A stretch of 64,000 nt of DNA, from NCBI GenBank assembly GCA_031416075.1, contig JANOSY010000005.1:32912-96911 (forward strand), given 5' to 3'. Of the stretch, positions 21,521 to 30,349 are shown piece after piece. Numbering within the stretch: the stretch's first letter is position 1; every line of letters starts with the position of its first letter. Position numbers and translations under genes: made by a program. The notes beneath the pieces are model-generated. The model did no database searches and had not been told where the DNA came from. It saw only the letters and a list, made by a program, of their open reading frames with translations. The stretch comes from Candidatus Tenderia sp. Its GTDB lineage: Bacteria > Pseudomonadota > Gammaproteobacteria > Tenderiales > Tenderiaceae.

Positions 21521-23029
21521 TTACAGAGCCACTTGGCGATGGCGCTGCTGGCGCGTACTAGCATTTGCCTCCGTTTGGCGCACCACTTGTTCGGGATCGA
21601 GCACCAGCATCCCCTTAAGACCGGAGGCGGCGTAGTCAATCATCAGCATCTCTTCAAGCGTGCTGGCAGTAATGTTCAGCGCCTCCACGCCCCCTTGGTA
21701 GAGGATTAAAAAGAGCCGTTTGAGGGCAATTTGGTGGGTCTGGGTGGTGGTACTAAAAAGCCAGTCACTCAGTACCATAAAAGATTCAAACGGATCATCG
21801 GCCAGTAACAGGGGGAGTGTTTGCCGAAAACGGCCGGAGTTGGCAATCATGTCCCAGTAGCGGGCAAAACGGTTGAGGCGTTGCAGCGTAATAAAGTCGA
21901 TCAGGTTATTGCTGAGGATGTTGTAAGGCGGATTGGGGTTGTAGCGCATATCAAACGCCGGGGTATGGCGGATGATGGGCGAACCCCGCAGCCGCTTGAG
22001 GATGCCGACCTGGATCTCGTGTGGAGCAAGCTGCGCCAGTCGGTTAAAGCTTCGCGCAAAACTCGCCATGTCTTCGCCGGGCAGGCCGATGATCAGATCG
22101 GCATGGATATGGGCATGGGTCTGCTGTGCGATCCAGCGCAGATTCTCGGCGGTTTTGTCGTTGTCCTGTTTGCGGCTGATCAATGCCTGGACAGCTGGGT
22201 TAAAGGTCTGCACCCCGATCTCGAATTGCAGTGAACCCTCCGGGAAACGTTGAATCGCCGTTTTTAGCGTCTCTGGCAGATGGTCGGGGATGATCTCAAA
22301 GTGCAAAAAGAGTTTATCGTCGAGCCGTTCAAGGAAGAAGTCGAGGATGCGAATGCTGTAGTCGATCTTGAGATTGAAGGTGCGGTCGACAAATTTGAAG
22401 TGGCGCGCACCACGTTGATAGAGTTTGTCCATCTCACCCAGGAACTGATCCAGATCAAACGGCTTGGCGGTTTTGTCGAGCGCCGAGAGGCAGAACTCAC
22501 ACTTGAAGGGGCAGCCGCGTGACGCCTCAACATAGAGGATGCGATGGGCGATATCCTCATCGCTATAGAGCTGATAGGGCATCTTGATCAGCTCCAGCTT
22601 GGGCGGAATGGCGTTGATGATCTTCTGCTTGGGCCGTTCACCCGCCAACAAGGTGCCGCAAAGCTCAGCAAACTCCAGCTCGCCCTGGCCACAGATCACA
22701 TAGTCGGCCAGCGCCACAATCGGCTGCGCTGCGTGTTCAAAACTCACCTCCGGGCCGCCCAGCACCAGCAACGTCTCCGGGCTAACCGCCTTGAGCAGCG
22801 CCGCCACCTGGGTGATCTCAACGATATTCCATATATAAACCCCCAGCCCGATGATGCGCGGTTTTGTCGCCAGCAGCTTTTCAACGATGTCTATCGGGCG
22901 CTCGTGGATGGTGAACTCGATGATGGTGGTCTCATCCATCAGCTCCGCCATGTTGGCCTTGAGGTAACGCAGGCCAAAGGCGCTGTGGATGTAGCGCGCA
23001 TTGAGAGTGCAAAGAATGATGCTGGACAT
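21521..23029 (-). CDS. cobalamin-binding radical SAM protein (DUF4080-like C-terminus)
   Basis: N-terminal B12-binding domain (GVYIWN, LGGPEVS), SRGCPFKCEFC, FVDRTFN, DLIIGLPGE. Confidence 0.9.
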   Translation of the reverse strand: MSSIILCTLNARYIHSAFGLRYLKANMAELMDETTIIEFTIHERPIDIVEKLLATKPRIIGLGVYIWNIVEITQVAALLKAVSPETLLVLGGPEVSFEHAAQPIVALADYVICGQGELEFAELCGTLLAGERPKQKIINAIPPKLELIKMPYQLYSDEDIAHRILYVEASRGCPFKCEFCLSALDKTAKPFDLDQFLGEMDKLYQRGARHFKFVDRTFNLKIDYSIRILDFFLERLDDKLFLHFEIIPDHLPETLKTAIQRFPEGSLQFEIGVQTFNPAVQALISRKQDNDKTAENLRWIAQQTHAHIHADLIIGLPGEDMASFARSFNRLAQLAPHEIQVGILKRLRGSPIIRHTPAFDMRYNPNPPYNILSNNLIDFITLQRLNRFARYWDMIANSGRFRQTLPLLLADDPFESFMVLSDWLFSTTTQTHQIALKRLFLILYQGGVEALNITASTLEEMLMIDYAASGLKGMLVLDPEQVVRQTEANASTRQQRHRQVAL

Positions 23030-23111
23030 GGGCGAGGGGTCTGTAGTGAAAACACCATTTTACCCGGTTTTGACTGTTTAAAGCCGTTATGACAACTGTT
23101 AACCTCTCGCC

Positions 23112-25271
23112 ATGCCTCATTCTCCTACCTTGCAGCCGCTGGAACTCTTCATTACACAACTACGTGCCGTGGCCAGCGCGGCGCGGCAACGGCGACTGTT
23201 GTGGTTGAGCGGATCAACCGCGTGGTGCCGTGAAGTGGCCGCCGTGGTGACGGCAGATGTAGCGCCGGATGATCAGCTATGGGTCACAAACCTAGCCCCT
23301 GCGGGGGTGCGACAGATCGAAAATAGCCACTGCACCCAGCTGCTTGGCAGTGAGCTGGAGATGGTGGTCTACGATGCCCACGCCGGGTTTGATGCCGACG
23401 CCCTCGGTGCAGTCTCGGGAATGGTGCGCGGTGGTGGCCTACTGCTGTTGCTGACGCCACCCCTGGCGCAGTGGCCCGCCATGCCCGATCCAGAGGCGCA
23501 CCGTTTTATGGCCGGGGCGGAGCAGTGTGAGAGTCGGTTTATTAAACGGCTGGCGCAGCGGCTCAGCAGCGCAGCGGGCCACTACCTGCTGGAAGAGAAC
23601 GGCACGTTGCCACCGATTGAAACCATCACAACATCTCCCGTTGAGCCATTGATCAATGCGCCCTGCCGCACCCGCGACCAACAACTGGCAGTGGCGGCCA
23701 TCATTAAAACCGCACGGGGCCATCGTAAACGGCCAACGGTATTGTTGTCGGATCGTGGCCGTGGCAAATCGGCCGCCCTTGGCATTGCAGCGGCGCAGCT
23801 ACTGCGTGATGGCGCACGGCGCATCATTGTCACCGCACCACGTCTGGATGCCACCGCCACGCTCTTTGAACAGGCCGCGCTGTTATTGCCGGAGGCACAG
23901 CTGGGTCGTGGTCGTCTTGAATATGACGCTGGTGTGCTGGAGTTCATTGCCCCTGATGAGTTGATCCAAATGCACCCCATTGCCGATCTGCTGCTGGTGG
24001 ATGAGGCCGCCGCGATACCGACACCGATGCTTGATGAATTATTAAATCACTACGCCCGTATCGTCTTTGCCACCACCGTACACGGCTATGAAGGCAGTGG
24101 TCGCGGCTTCCTGTTGCGCTTCAGCGCGACGTTGAACAGAAAAATGCCCGGTGGTCAGCAGCTGCGGCTGGAACAGCCGATCCGCTGGGGTGCCAATGAT
24201 CCGGTCGAGGCCGCGATATTCGATGCGCTGCTGCTCAATGCCGCCATTGCCGGTGAAGAGCAGCTTGTAGGTTTGAGTGTTGATCAGTGTGTCATCGAAG
24301 CGGTCGATCGTGATGCGCTGTTGCAGGACGAGGCGCTGCTGTCACAACTCTTCGGCCTGCTGGTACTGGCCCACTACCGCACCCGCCCCAACGACCTGCG
24401 CCAACTGCTCGATAGCGCCGGGGTGATGGTCTACGTCATGCGTTATCGCAATGCTGTTGTTGGCACAGCGCTGGTGGTGAGTGAAGGCGGGCTTGATGCC
24501 GAGCTGAGCCAGTCGATCTATGAAGGCAGACGGCGTCTGCATGGACACCTCCTGCCGCAATCACTTGCTTCATATGTCGGCCTGCCCGAAGCTGCAACAC
24601 TGCACTACCGTCGCATCATGCGCATCGCCATCCATCCGCAACTGCAACGCAGCGGCCTTGGATCGGCATTGATCAAAAAAATCGTAGCCGATGCACAGCA
24701 CGACGGCCTTGATGCCATCGGCGCCAGTTTTGGTGTAACACCCGAGCTGCTGCGCTTCTGGCAGCGATTGCAATTTGCGCCAGTACGCATCGGCCTGCAA
24801 CGTGAACAGAGCAGCGGCAGCCATTCACTACTGGTGATGCAACCACTCAGCAAGCGTGGCATTGAGCTGTATCAAAATGCACATGAACGATTTTATAGCA
24901 GACTGCCACATCTGCTGGCCGAACCGTTGCGTGATCTCGATACAACACTGGTAGTAGCGTTGATGCGGCGCCACGACGTTTCACCATCACTACAGCTTAG
25001 TGTTGAAGATTGGCGTGATCTGCATACCTTTGCCCACGCAAACCTGGGGCTGGAGACAGTCATCGTACCGCTGTGGCAGTTGGCGCATCATCACGTTGTT
25101 GCTCAGCTGTCGTTGCAACAGAAAACGCTACTGGTGAGCAGGGTGTTGCAGAGAAACAGTTGGGCAGAGGTGTGCCGCGTCAGCGGCTACAACGGTAAAA
25201 ACGAAGCGATCAAGGCATTACGACAAAGCGTGGCATTTTTGCTTGAATTGCGCAGGTCGGGTTCACCCTAA
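23112..25271 (+). CDS. tmcA: tRNA(Met) cytidine acetyltransferase
   Basis: DRGRGKS, VDEAAAIP, TTVHGYEGSGRGF, AHYRT.PNDL, RIAIHP GNAT motif. Confidence 0.95.
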   Translation: MPHSPTLQPLELFITQLRAVASAARQRRLLWLSGSTAWCREVAAVVTADVAPDDQLWVTNLAPAGVRQIENSHCTQLLGSELEMVVYDAHAGFDADALGAVSGMVRGGGLLLLLTPPLAQWPAMPDPEAHRFMAGAEQCESRFIKRLAQRLSSAAGHYLLEENGTLPPIETITTSPVEPLINAPCRTRDQQLAVAAIIKTARGHRKRPTVLLSDRGRGKSAALGIAAAQLLRDGARRIIVTAPRLDATATLFEQAALLLPEAQLGRGRLEYDAGVLEFIAPDELIQMHPIADLLLVDEAAAIPTPMLDELLNHYARIVFATTVHGYEGSGRGFLLRFSATLNRKMPGGQQLRLEQPIRWGANDPVEAAIFDALLLNAAIAGEEQLVGLSVDQCVIEAVDRDALLQDEALLSQLFGLLVLAHYRTRPNDLRQLLDSAGVMVYVMRYRNAVVGTALVVSEGGLDAELSQSIYEGRRRLHGHLLPQSLASYVGLPEAATLHYRRIMRIAIHPQLQRSGLGSALIKKIVADAQHDGLDAIGASFGVTPELLRFWQRLQFAPVRIGLQREQSSGSHSLLVMQPLSKRGIELYQNAHERFYSRLPHLLAEPLRDLDTTLVVALMRRHDVSPSLQLSVEDWRDLHTFAHANLGLETVIVPLWQLAHHHVVAQLSLQQKTLLVSRVLQRNSWAEVCRVSGYNGKNEAIKALRQSVAFLLELRRSGSP

Positions 25272-25463
25272 AGGGTACAAGAGGCGCGGAGTTTGCGCCG
25301 TAACCCGACAGGTGGCTGAGTGTTGTCAGGCAACGTTACGCTAACCCGACCTATATGACTGTAGGTGCGATTAGCGTCAGCGTAATCGTACGCATGGAAG
25401 AAAATCTCCGTTCCTCCGATTACGCTGACGCTAATCGGAGCTACGAGATCTACGAGATCTACG
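25252..25463. repeat. cluster of two inverted REP-like doublets (GTAG type) plus a CTACGAGAT tandem tail
   Basis: GTAGGTGCGATTAGCGTCAGCGTAATCG at 25361 and inverted partner at 25414-25444; degenerate GGTCGGGTT...TAACCCGAC pair at 25252-25354; ctacgagat x2.5 at 25441-25463. Confidence 0.75.
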
Positions 25464-25569
25464 TGGCAGGGGTGTTAAAAACCACCAAATAGCTTAGACA
25501 TTCCTGATGCTTCACAATACAATCTCCTACATATCAGGCTGCCGTGTCGACACGGCTTAGTCCAGCAGA

Positions 25570-25623
25570 CATTTATACGCCATGCTGCGCATGAGGCATA
25601 AATGCTTAGATATTAGAGCGCAA
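25570..25623 (+). mobile_element. degenerate attC-like site in front of an AT-rich gene
   Basis: Imperfect hairpin CATTTAT...GCC-ATGC-TGC-GCAT-GAGGC-ATAAATG followed by ATTAGAG (one mismatch to GTTRRRY at position 1, one at position 7). Confidence 0.4.
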
Positions 25624-25631
25624 GAATAAGT

Positions 25632-26252
25632 ATGGCAATTCAAGACTCAGATCCAGAAAGAAGAAACCTAACGGTGACATCTATAGGTTTTATCACATAC
25701 TTTTATGCTGGTGGAAGCCTCCCAGACACAAGTGTAAGACTCCAGGTTGTTAATGTTGAATTTTCACGTCCAGAAGTTCTTGCAGTTATAGTGTGGTTAG
25801 CATTTATTTGGTTTATCTATAGATATTGGCTTACACATAATGGAGATTTTACTAATTACTTCAGTTCGGAACTCACTCTTTGGCAAGGTAAAAGTTACAT
25901 TAAAAATTACGCATCTAAGAATATAGGTCAAGACTTAGTAACAGACCAAGATAAAGGTTACCACGTTAATAGTTTAGCTTGGAGCGGTGGCTGTCTTAAC
26001 ATAAATGTTATATATGCTGAAGGTGTCGTGCGTAATGCAAACGGAGAGATTGGAAGCTATTCAAATACCGATATCAGTAACAAGCATGAACCTATAAAAA
26101 TGAGTGATGCCAAAGGTTGGCTGCTTGCCTTAAGAGCTAGCATGGAATGTATGTTTAAATACCCAAGTTTTTCAAACTATATCGTACCTTACATTCTTTC
26201 CTTAGTGGCGCTAGCTGGAGTAGCGTTGCGTAGTTGTGCTTTAATCGAGTAG
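25632..26252 (+). CDS. hypothetical membrane protein, AT-rich, probably horizontally acquired
   Basis: 206 aa, about 3 hydrophobic segments; visibly AT-rich codon usage versus flanking genes. Confidence 0.75.
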   Translation: MAIQDSDPERRNLTVTSIGFITYFYAGGSLPDTSVRLQVVNVEFSRPEVLAVIVWLAFIWFIYRYWLTHNGDFTNYFSSELTLWQGKSYIKNYASKNIGQDLVTDQDKGYHVNSLAWSGGCLNINVIYAEGVVRNANGEIGSYSNTDISNKHEPIKMSDAKGWLLALRASMECMFKYPSFSNYIVPYILSLVALAGVALRSCALIE

Positions 26253-26285
26253 CCCTAATCTCTAAACCACGCAGAATACAGAAAT

Positions 26286-26789
26286 TCACTCAATCAAACT
26301 GTAACTCACCTCACTGATGTAGTAGTAGTGCGCCCCGTCGGGGGTTTGCACTTTCACTTCATCATCCAGCCCCTTCTTCATCAACGCCAGGGCCATGGGT
26401 GCATCCATGCTGATGAAGCCTCGGCTCAGGTCAAACTCGTCGGGGCCGACGATGCGGTAGATCTTCTCAACGCCATCATCATCTTCGATCCGCACCCAGG
26501 CGGCGAAAAAGACCTTGCTTGGATCGCTCGGTTTGTCACGTACCACCTTGAGATCGGGCAATCGCTTTTGCAGGTAACGGACGCGGCGGTCGATTTCGCG
26601 CAGCTCTTTTTTGCGATAGATGTACTCCGCATTCTCTGAACGGTCCCCTTCGGCAGCGGCGGCGGCGAGATGTTTGGTGACGTCGTGGCGGCGCTTCCAG
26701 AGGGCGTCGAGTTCGGCCTGTAACGTTTCGTACCCCTCAGGGGTGATGTAGGGCGATGATTTTGGTTGTGGCGGGCGGTAGTGGATCAT
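26286..26789 (-). CDS. greB: transcription elongation factor GreB
   Basis: YITPEG, AAAEGDRSENAEYIYRKKELREIDRR, ISMDAP. Confidence 0.96.
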   Translation of the reverse strand: MIHYRPPQPKSSPYITPEGYETLQAELDALWKRRHDVTKHLAAAAAEGDRSENAEYIYRKKELREIDRRVRYLQKRLPDLKVVRDKPSDPSKVFFAAWVRIEDDDGVEKIYRIVGPDEFDLSRGFISMDAPMALALMKKGLDDEVKVQTPDGAHYYYISEVSYSLIE

Positions 26790-27436
26790 GAAGATTTTGC
26801 CTGTGCCAGGCGGTGGCGCAGGTATTCGATCAGTCCCGGTGTGATGGAGAGTACGATGATGCCAAGGATCACTAGCGAGAGGTTCTCCTTGATGGCGGGT
26901 ATATTACCGAAGAGGTAACCGCCATAGACAAACAGTGTGACCCACAATACGGCGCCGACAATGTTGTAACGCAGAAAAAGGCTGTATTTCATCTGGCCGA
27001 CACCGGCTACAAACGGGGCGAAGGTGCGGATGATGGGGATGAAACGCGCCAGGATGATGGTCTTGCCGCCATGTTTTTCATAAAAAGAGTGGGCGCGCAG
27101 CAGATGGTCGCGTTTTAAAAAACGGGACTGTTCCGATTTGAAGACGGCGGGGCCGAGGCGGCGGCCGATAGCGTAATTCAGGGTGTCGCCGAGAATGGCG
27201 GCGATGATCAGACTTACCGCCAGTAGGTGGGGGTCGAGCAGTGCTGCGCCTGCCAGTGTGCCCGCTACAAAGAGCAGTGAATCGCCGGGCAGGAGAGGCA
27301 TGATGACCAGCCCGGTTTCGCAGAAGATGATCAGAAACAGCAGCGCGTAGACCCAGGGGCCATGCTCGGCGACCAGCGCTGCCAGATGCGCATCGAGATG
27401 AAGAAAGAGGTCGATGATGTGGGTGATAAATTCCAT
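26786..27436 (-). CDS. dedA: DedA family protein
   Basis: FCETGLV.P.LPGDSLLF, ARFIPIIRTFAPFVAG. Confidence 0.93.
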   Translation of the reverse strand: MEFITHIIDLFLHLDAHLAALVAEHGPWVYALLFLIIFCETGLVIMPLLPGDSLLFVAGTLAGAALLDPHLLAVSLIIAAILGDTLNYAIGRRLGPAVFKSEQSRFLKRDHLLRAHSFYEKHGGKTIILARFIPIIRTFAPFVAGVGQMKYSLFLRYNIVGAVLWVTLFVYGGYLFGNIPAIKENLSLVILGIIVLSITPGLIEYLRHRLAQAKSS

Positions 27437-27554
27437 GAGCAGTTGTGCCTTTGTGGGGGGATCACAGGTAGTTTGTCTCTCCCGTCATCTGTGCCAATTG
27501 TAGGTGAGAGTAGGGTAAAATTATAACCAATTCACGACAAGGACGATATGCAAG

Positions 27555-27917
27555 ATGCCTGAGATAAACCACCCACTGGCCGATCTACTGCTGCAGATCG
27601 AGGCCGAGTTGCGCCGTCTGGAGTTGTGGGACGAGTCGGTGCCTGCCGCCAGTGCGTTGCTGAGCACTACCCCTTTCTGTGCCGATACACTGCACTTCAA
27701 TCAGTGGTTGCAGTGGCTGTTTGTGCCGCGCATGAAGGAGATCCTGGAGCAGTCGCTGCCCCTGCCGCAGCAGTGCGATATCCACTCCTATGCCGAAGTG
27801 ACCTGTCAGCGCGCCACTTCATCCGATGTCACACGCTTGCTACAGCTGTTGCGTGAGTTCGATCAGCAGATTACCGCCGAATCTGCCCTCAGTAAATCAC
27901 AAGTGAGCAGCCATTAA
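27555..27917 (+). CDS. YqcC family protein
   Basis: LW...P...L.ST.PFCADTL.F.QWLQW.F.PRM. Confidence 0.9.
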   Translation: MPEINHPLADLLLQIEAELRRLELWDESVPAASALLSTTPFCADTLHFNQWLQWLFVPRMKEILEQSLPLPQQCDIHSYAEVTCQRATSSDVTRLLQLLREFDQQITAESALSKSQVSSH

Positions 27918-28083
27918 CCGCCATTGCTCTTTTTAGTCGCTGGTGTAATGGCGTCTGAGAGGTGTGCAGTAAATATGGGCAGCGCCGCCGCCACTCGTGT
28001 GGCCGCAGGGTGGATGGAGAGGTGGTTGTTCAAAATAATTTTTTGTTGGCTGGGCGGAATCATAAAAACTATTTTTTTAATAT

Positions 28084-29268
28084 TTAACCCACGCCGCGCA
28101 TTGCAAACGACAATGCCTCGCCAGCAAAATCATCGAGGCAGCAGACTGTATGCCAGCAACACTCCTCGCTGCTGTTTTGGGGGAGCAATATGATGTCGCC
28201 GGGAGTGAGGATATAGGCGTGGCCATGATCGCTGAGCTGCTGATAAAACGGTGGGCAACGGTTGAGCAGCAGATCAAGCGCGTTGTTGTCGTTGTCATCC
28301 AGCAGGCAACTGAGTTGTGCTCGGTCCTGGGCAATGGAGATGATCTCTTGAAATGAGCCATTGTCAGGCAGTAGCGCACGTAGGGCAGGATGGTTCTCAC
28401 TGTTGCCTGCAAACAGCTGTACCTCATCCATCAGCTCTTTTTTTGAGCAGGCGACCCAGCTGGTACGACCATGAAGCTGGGCGAATACAACGCCAAGGTG
28501 GCCACGTTCAACATCCTGATGAAAATGCGCGCCACCATTTGGGGCGTTGAAGTAGATGATTCGTTCAACATACGCCAGTCTCTTTACGTCAAATATTTTG
28601 CATAGCTCGTCTTCCAGTCTTCTGTCGCCACTGATGATGGCGGATTCCGGGAAGATTGCTTCTGTCAGTGCGCCTGCATGGATCTGGCGCTCAAGGTCTG
28701 CGGCAACATCTTCATAACCGACCATGCCAAATGAGAAGCGAAAGCGGAGCGAGGCATCATCGTTTTCGTAGGAGAGCCACGAACATTTGCACCAGAGATT
28801 TTCTGCGATGATCTCATCACCGTCCATGACATCAAATTCGATGGTCTCGATCTCCTGCTGATCACCCTCATCGGAAAATGCGGCTAGCATTTCAAAGTGC
28901 GGTTGTAGCCGCTCGCTGTAGTATGGCTGCTCTAACAGATCGGCGGGGCTCTCCCCTTCCGCAATGGCCGTCATCAACCGGCTCGCTTGCGTAATTTCAT
29001 TAAGGTAGCCGGGGATTGCAGCGCTACAGTAACCGGGCAGGATAGATGGGCGTGCGCTGTTCCAGCGATCGCGCAATCCACTGAAGTGATCCTGGCTCTC
29101 CGGTGGCGGCGCAGCGGCGATCCATCCCAGCGTTGCGCCACGTCGCCGCAACAAAATGGCTTCACCCAACCCTTGTTCACGTGCGCTGGCCTGGGCGGCA
29201 GCCTGACTGCTCTCTGGTCCGGCGATGTAATGGGCGCGATTAGGCGTGATTAAAGTCTCTGTATTCAT
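28084..29268 (-). CDS. hypothetical protein with C-terminal JmjC/cupin-like 2OG-Fe(II) oxygenase motif
   Basis: HFHQD...AQLHGRTSW...LTPGDIILLP...WHTV; start uncertain (29268 or 29340). Confidence 0.65.
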   Translation of the reverse strand: MNTETLITPNRAHYIAGPESSQAAAQASAREQGLGEAILLRRRGATLGWIAAAPPPESQDHFSGLRDRWNSARPSILPGYCSAAIPGYLNEITQASRLMTAIAEGESPADLLEQPYYSERLQPHFEMLAAFSDEGDQQEIETIEFDVMDGDEIIAENLWCKCSWLSYENDDASLRFRFSFGMVGYEDVAADLERQIHAGALTEAIFPESAIISGDRRLEDELCKIFDVKRLAYVERIIYFNAPNGGAHFHQDVERGHLGVVFAQLHGRTSWVACSKKELMDEVQLFAGNSENHPALRALLPDNGSFQEIISIAQDRAQLSCLLDDNDNNALDLLLNRCPPFYQQLSDHGHAYILTPGDIILLPQNSSEECCWHTVCCLDDFAGEALSFAMRGVG

Positions 29269-29402
29269 AACAACTCTTTGTTGGTCTGTTTTAAACCGGT
29301 AATAATACGCCTTCCCATGGTAAGGGTGTGGCGCGGCCATTTGTATTATCGTCGTAAAATGTTATGGTGCCCACTTTGGTTTGTTGATCCAAAGGTGTGT
29401 AG

Positions 29403-29561
29403 ATGATGGTGATTGTAATCTGGCTGGTGGTGATTTCTCTGGTTTTGGCGTTTTTGATTTTTCTGGCGGTTGATGATCGAAAAAACCAGCGTATTCGCGC
29501 TGAAGAGGAGCGCATCAAGGCGCTGCAAACACCGCCCGAAACAGAACGCGATACTGATTAG
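29403..29561 (+). CDS. unannotated 52-aa single-pass membrane protein
   Basis: MMVIVIWLVVISLVLAFLIFLAVDDRKNQRIRAEEERIKALQTPPETERDTD*; AAGGTG RBS. Confidence 0.65.
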   Translation: MMVIVIWLVVISLVLAFLIFLAVDDRKNQRIRAEEERIKALQTPPETERDTD

Positions 29562-30349
29562 CGGCCAAGGTGCAGGCCTGCTGGCAAACTGATCTCTATG
29601 GCAATAGGAAGATGGTCAGAGAGCGCCTCATTCAGCACCTTCATCTGCTCTACCTTTATGGATGAGCTGGTGAGTATGTGGTCAATATTACGCGCTGGCC
29701 GCCACGCAGGAAAGGTAAGGTGCCGCTCTTCCGGTAGGCAGAGGTCTGTCTTATTAAAGAGATGCACCATCTCTTCACTATCCGGCGTACAGTTAAAATC
29801 TCCCATCACACAGACATGCTGGAAATCGCGCACCAGCTCAGCCACAAAATCCAGTTGATAGAGCCGCGTCCGTTTGCCGAGGGCAAGATGGACCAACATC
29901 AGTACTAATGGGTTGTCGGCATGGCCATAACGCACCATCAGTGTGCCACGACCCGGCATGACACCCGGCAGCTTATACTCAACAATTTCACTCGGCTGAA
30001 AACGGCTCAACAGTCCGTTGCTATGTTTGGCAATCCTGCCAATATTACGATTGGTCTGCTGATGCCAAAACGGGTGACGACTGCGCTCCGCCAGGTACTC
30101 GACCTGATTGACAAAGTAACTACGCAAACTGCCGCCATCCACCTCCTGCAAACCGACAATATCGTAATCACTCACCAGATGGGCAATACGGTCAAGATTG
30201 TCAAAGTGGTTGGCGTGTGGCAATACATGCTTCCAACTCTGGGTCAGATAGTGGCGTGTACGGGTTGAGGCAATGGCTACCTGAATATTGAAGCTTAGCA
30301 GCTTAATTTTTCGACCGTGCTCAAGCGAATGGCTGGGGAGCGCACTCAT
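29558..30349 (-). CDS. endonuclease/exonuclease/phosphatase (EEP) family protein
   Basis: SFNIQ, GLQEVD, MGDFN, IDHI, SDHLP. Confidence 0.92.
   Translation of the reverse strand: MSALPSHSLEHGRKIKLLSFNIQVAIASTRTRHYLTQSWKHVLPHANHFDNLDRIAHLVSDYDIVGLQEVDGGSLRSYFVNQVEYLAERSRHPFWHQQTNRNIGRIAKHSNGLLSRFQPSEIVEYKLPGVMPGRGTLMVRYGHADNPLVLMLVHLALGKRTRLYQLDFVAELVRDFQHVCVMGDFNCTPDSEEMVHLFNKTDLCLPEERHLTFPAWRPARNIDHILTSSSIKVEQMKVLNEALSDHLPIAIEISLPAGLHLGR

Noticed and set aside
25252-25463. Palindromic repeats as a CRISPR array
   Set aside because: Repeats are inverted and non-identical, with no regular spacers or cas genes; REP-like instead
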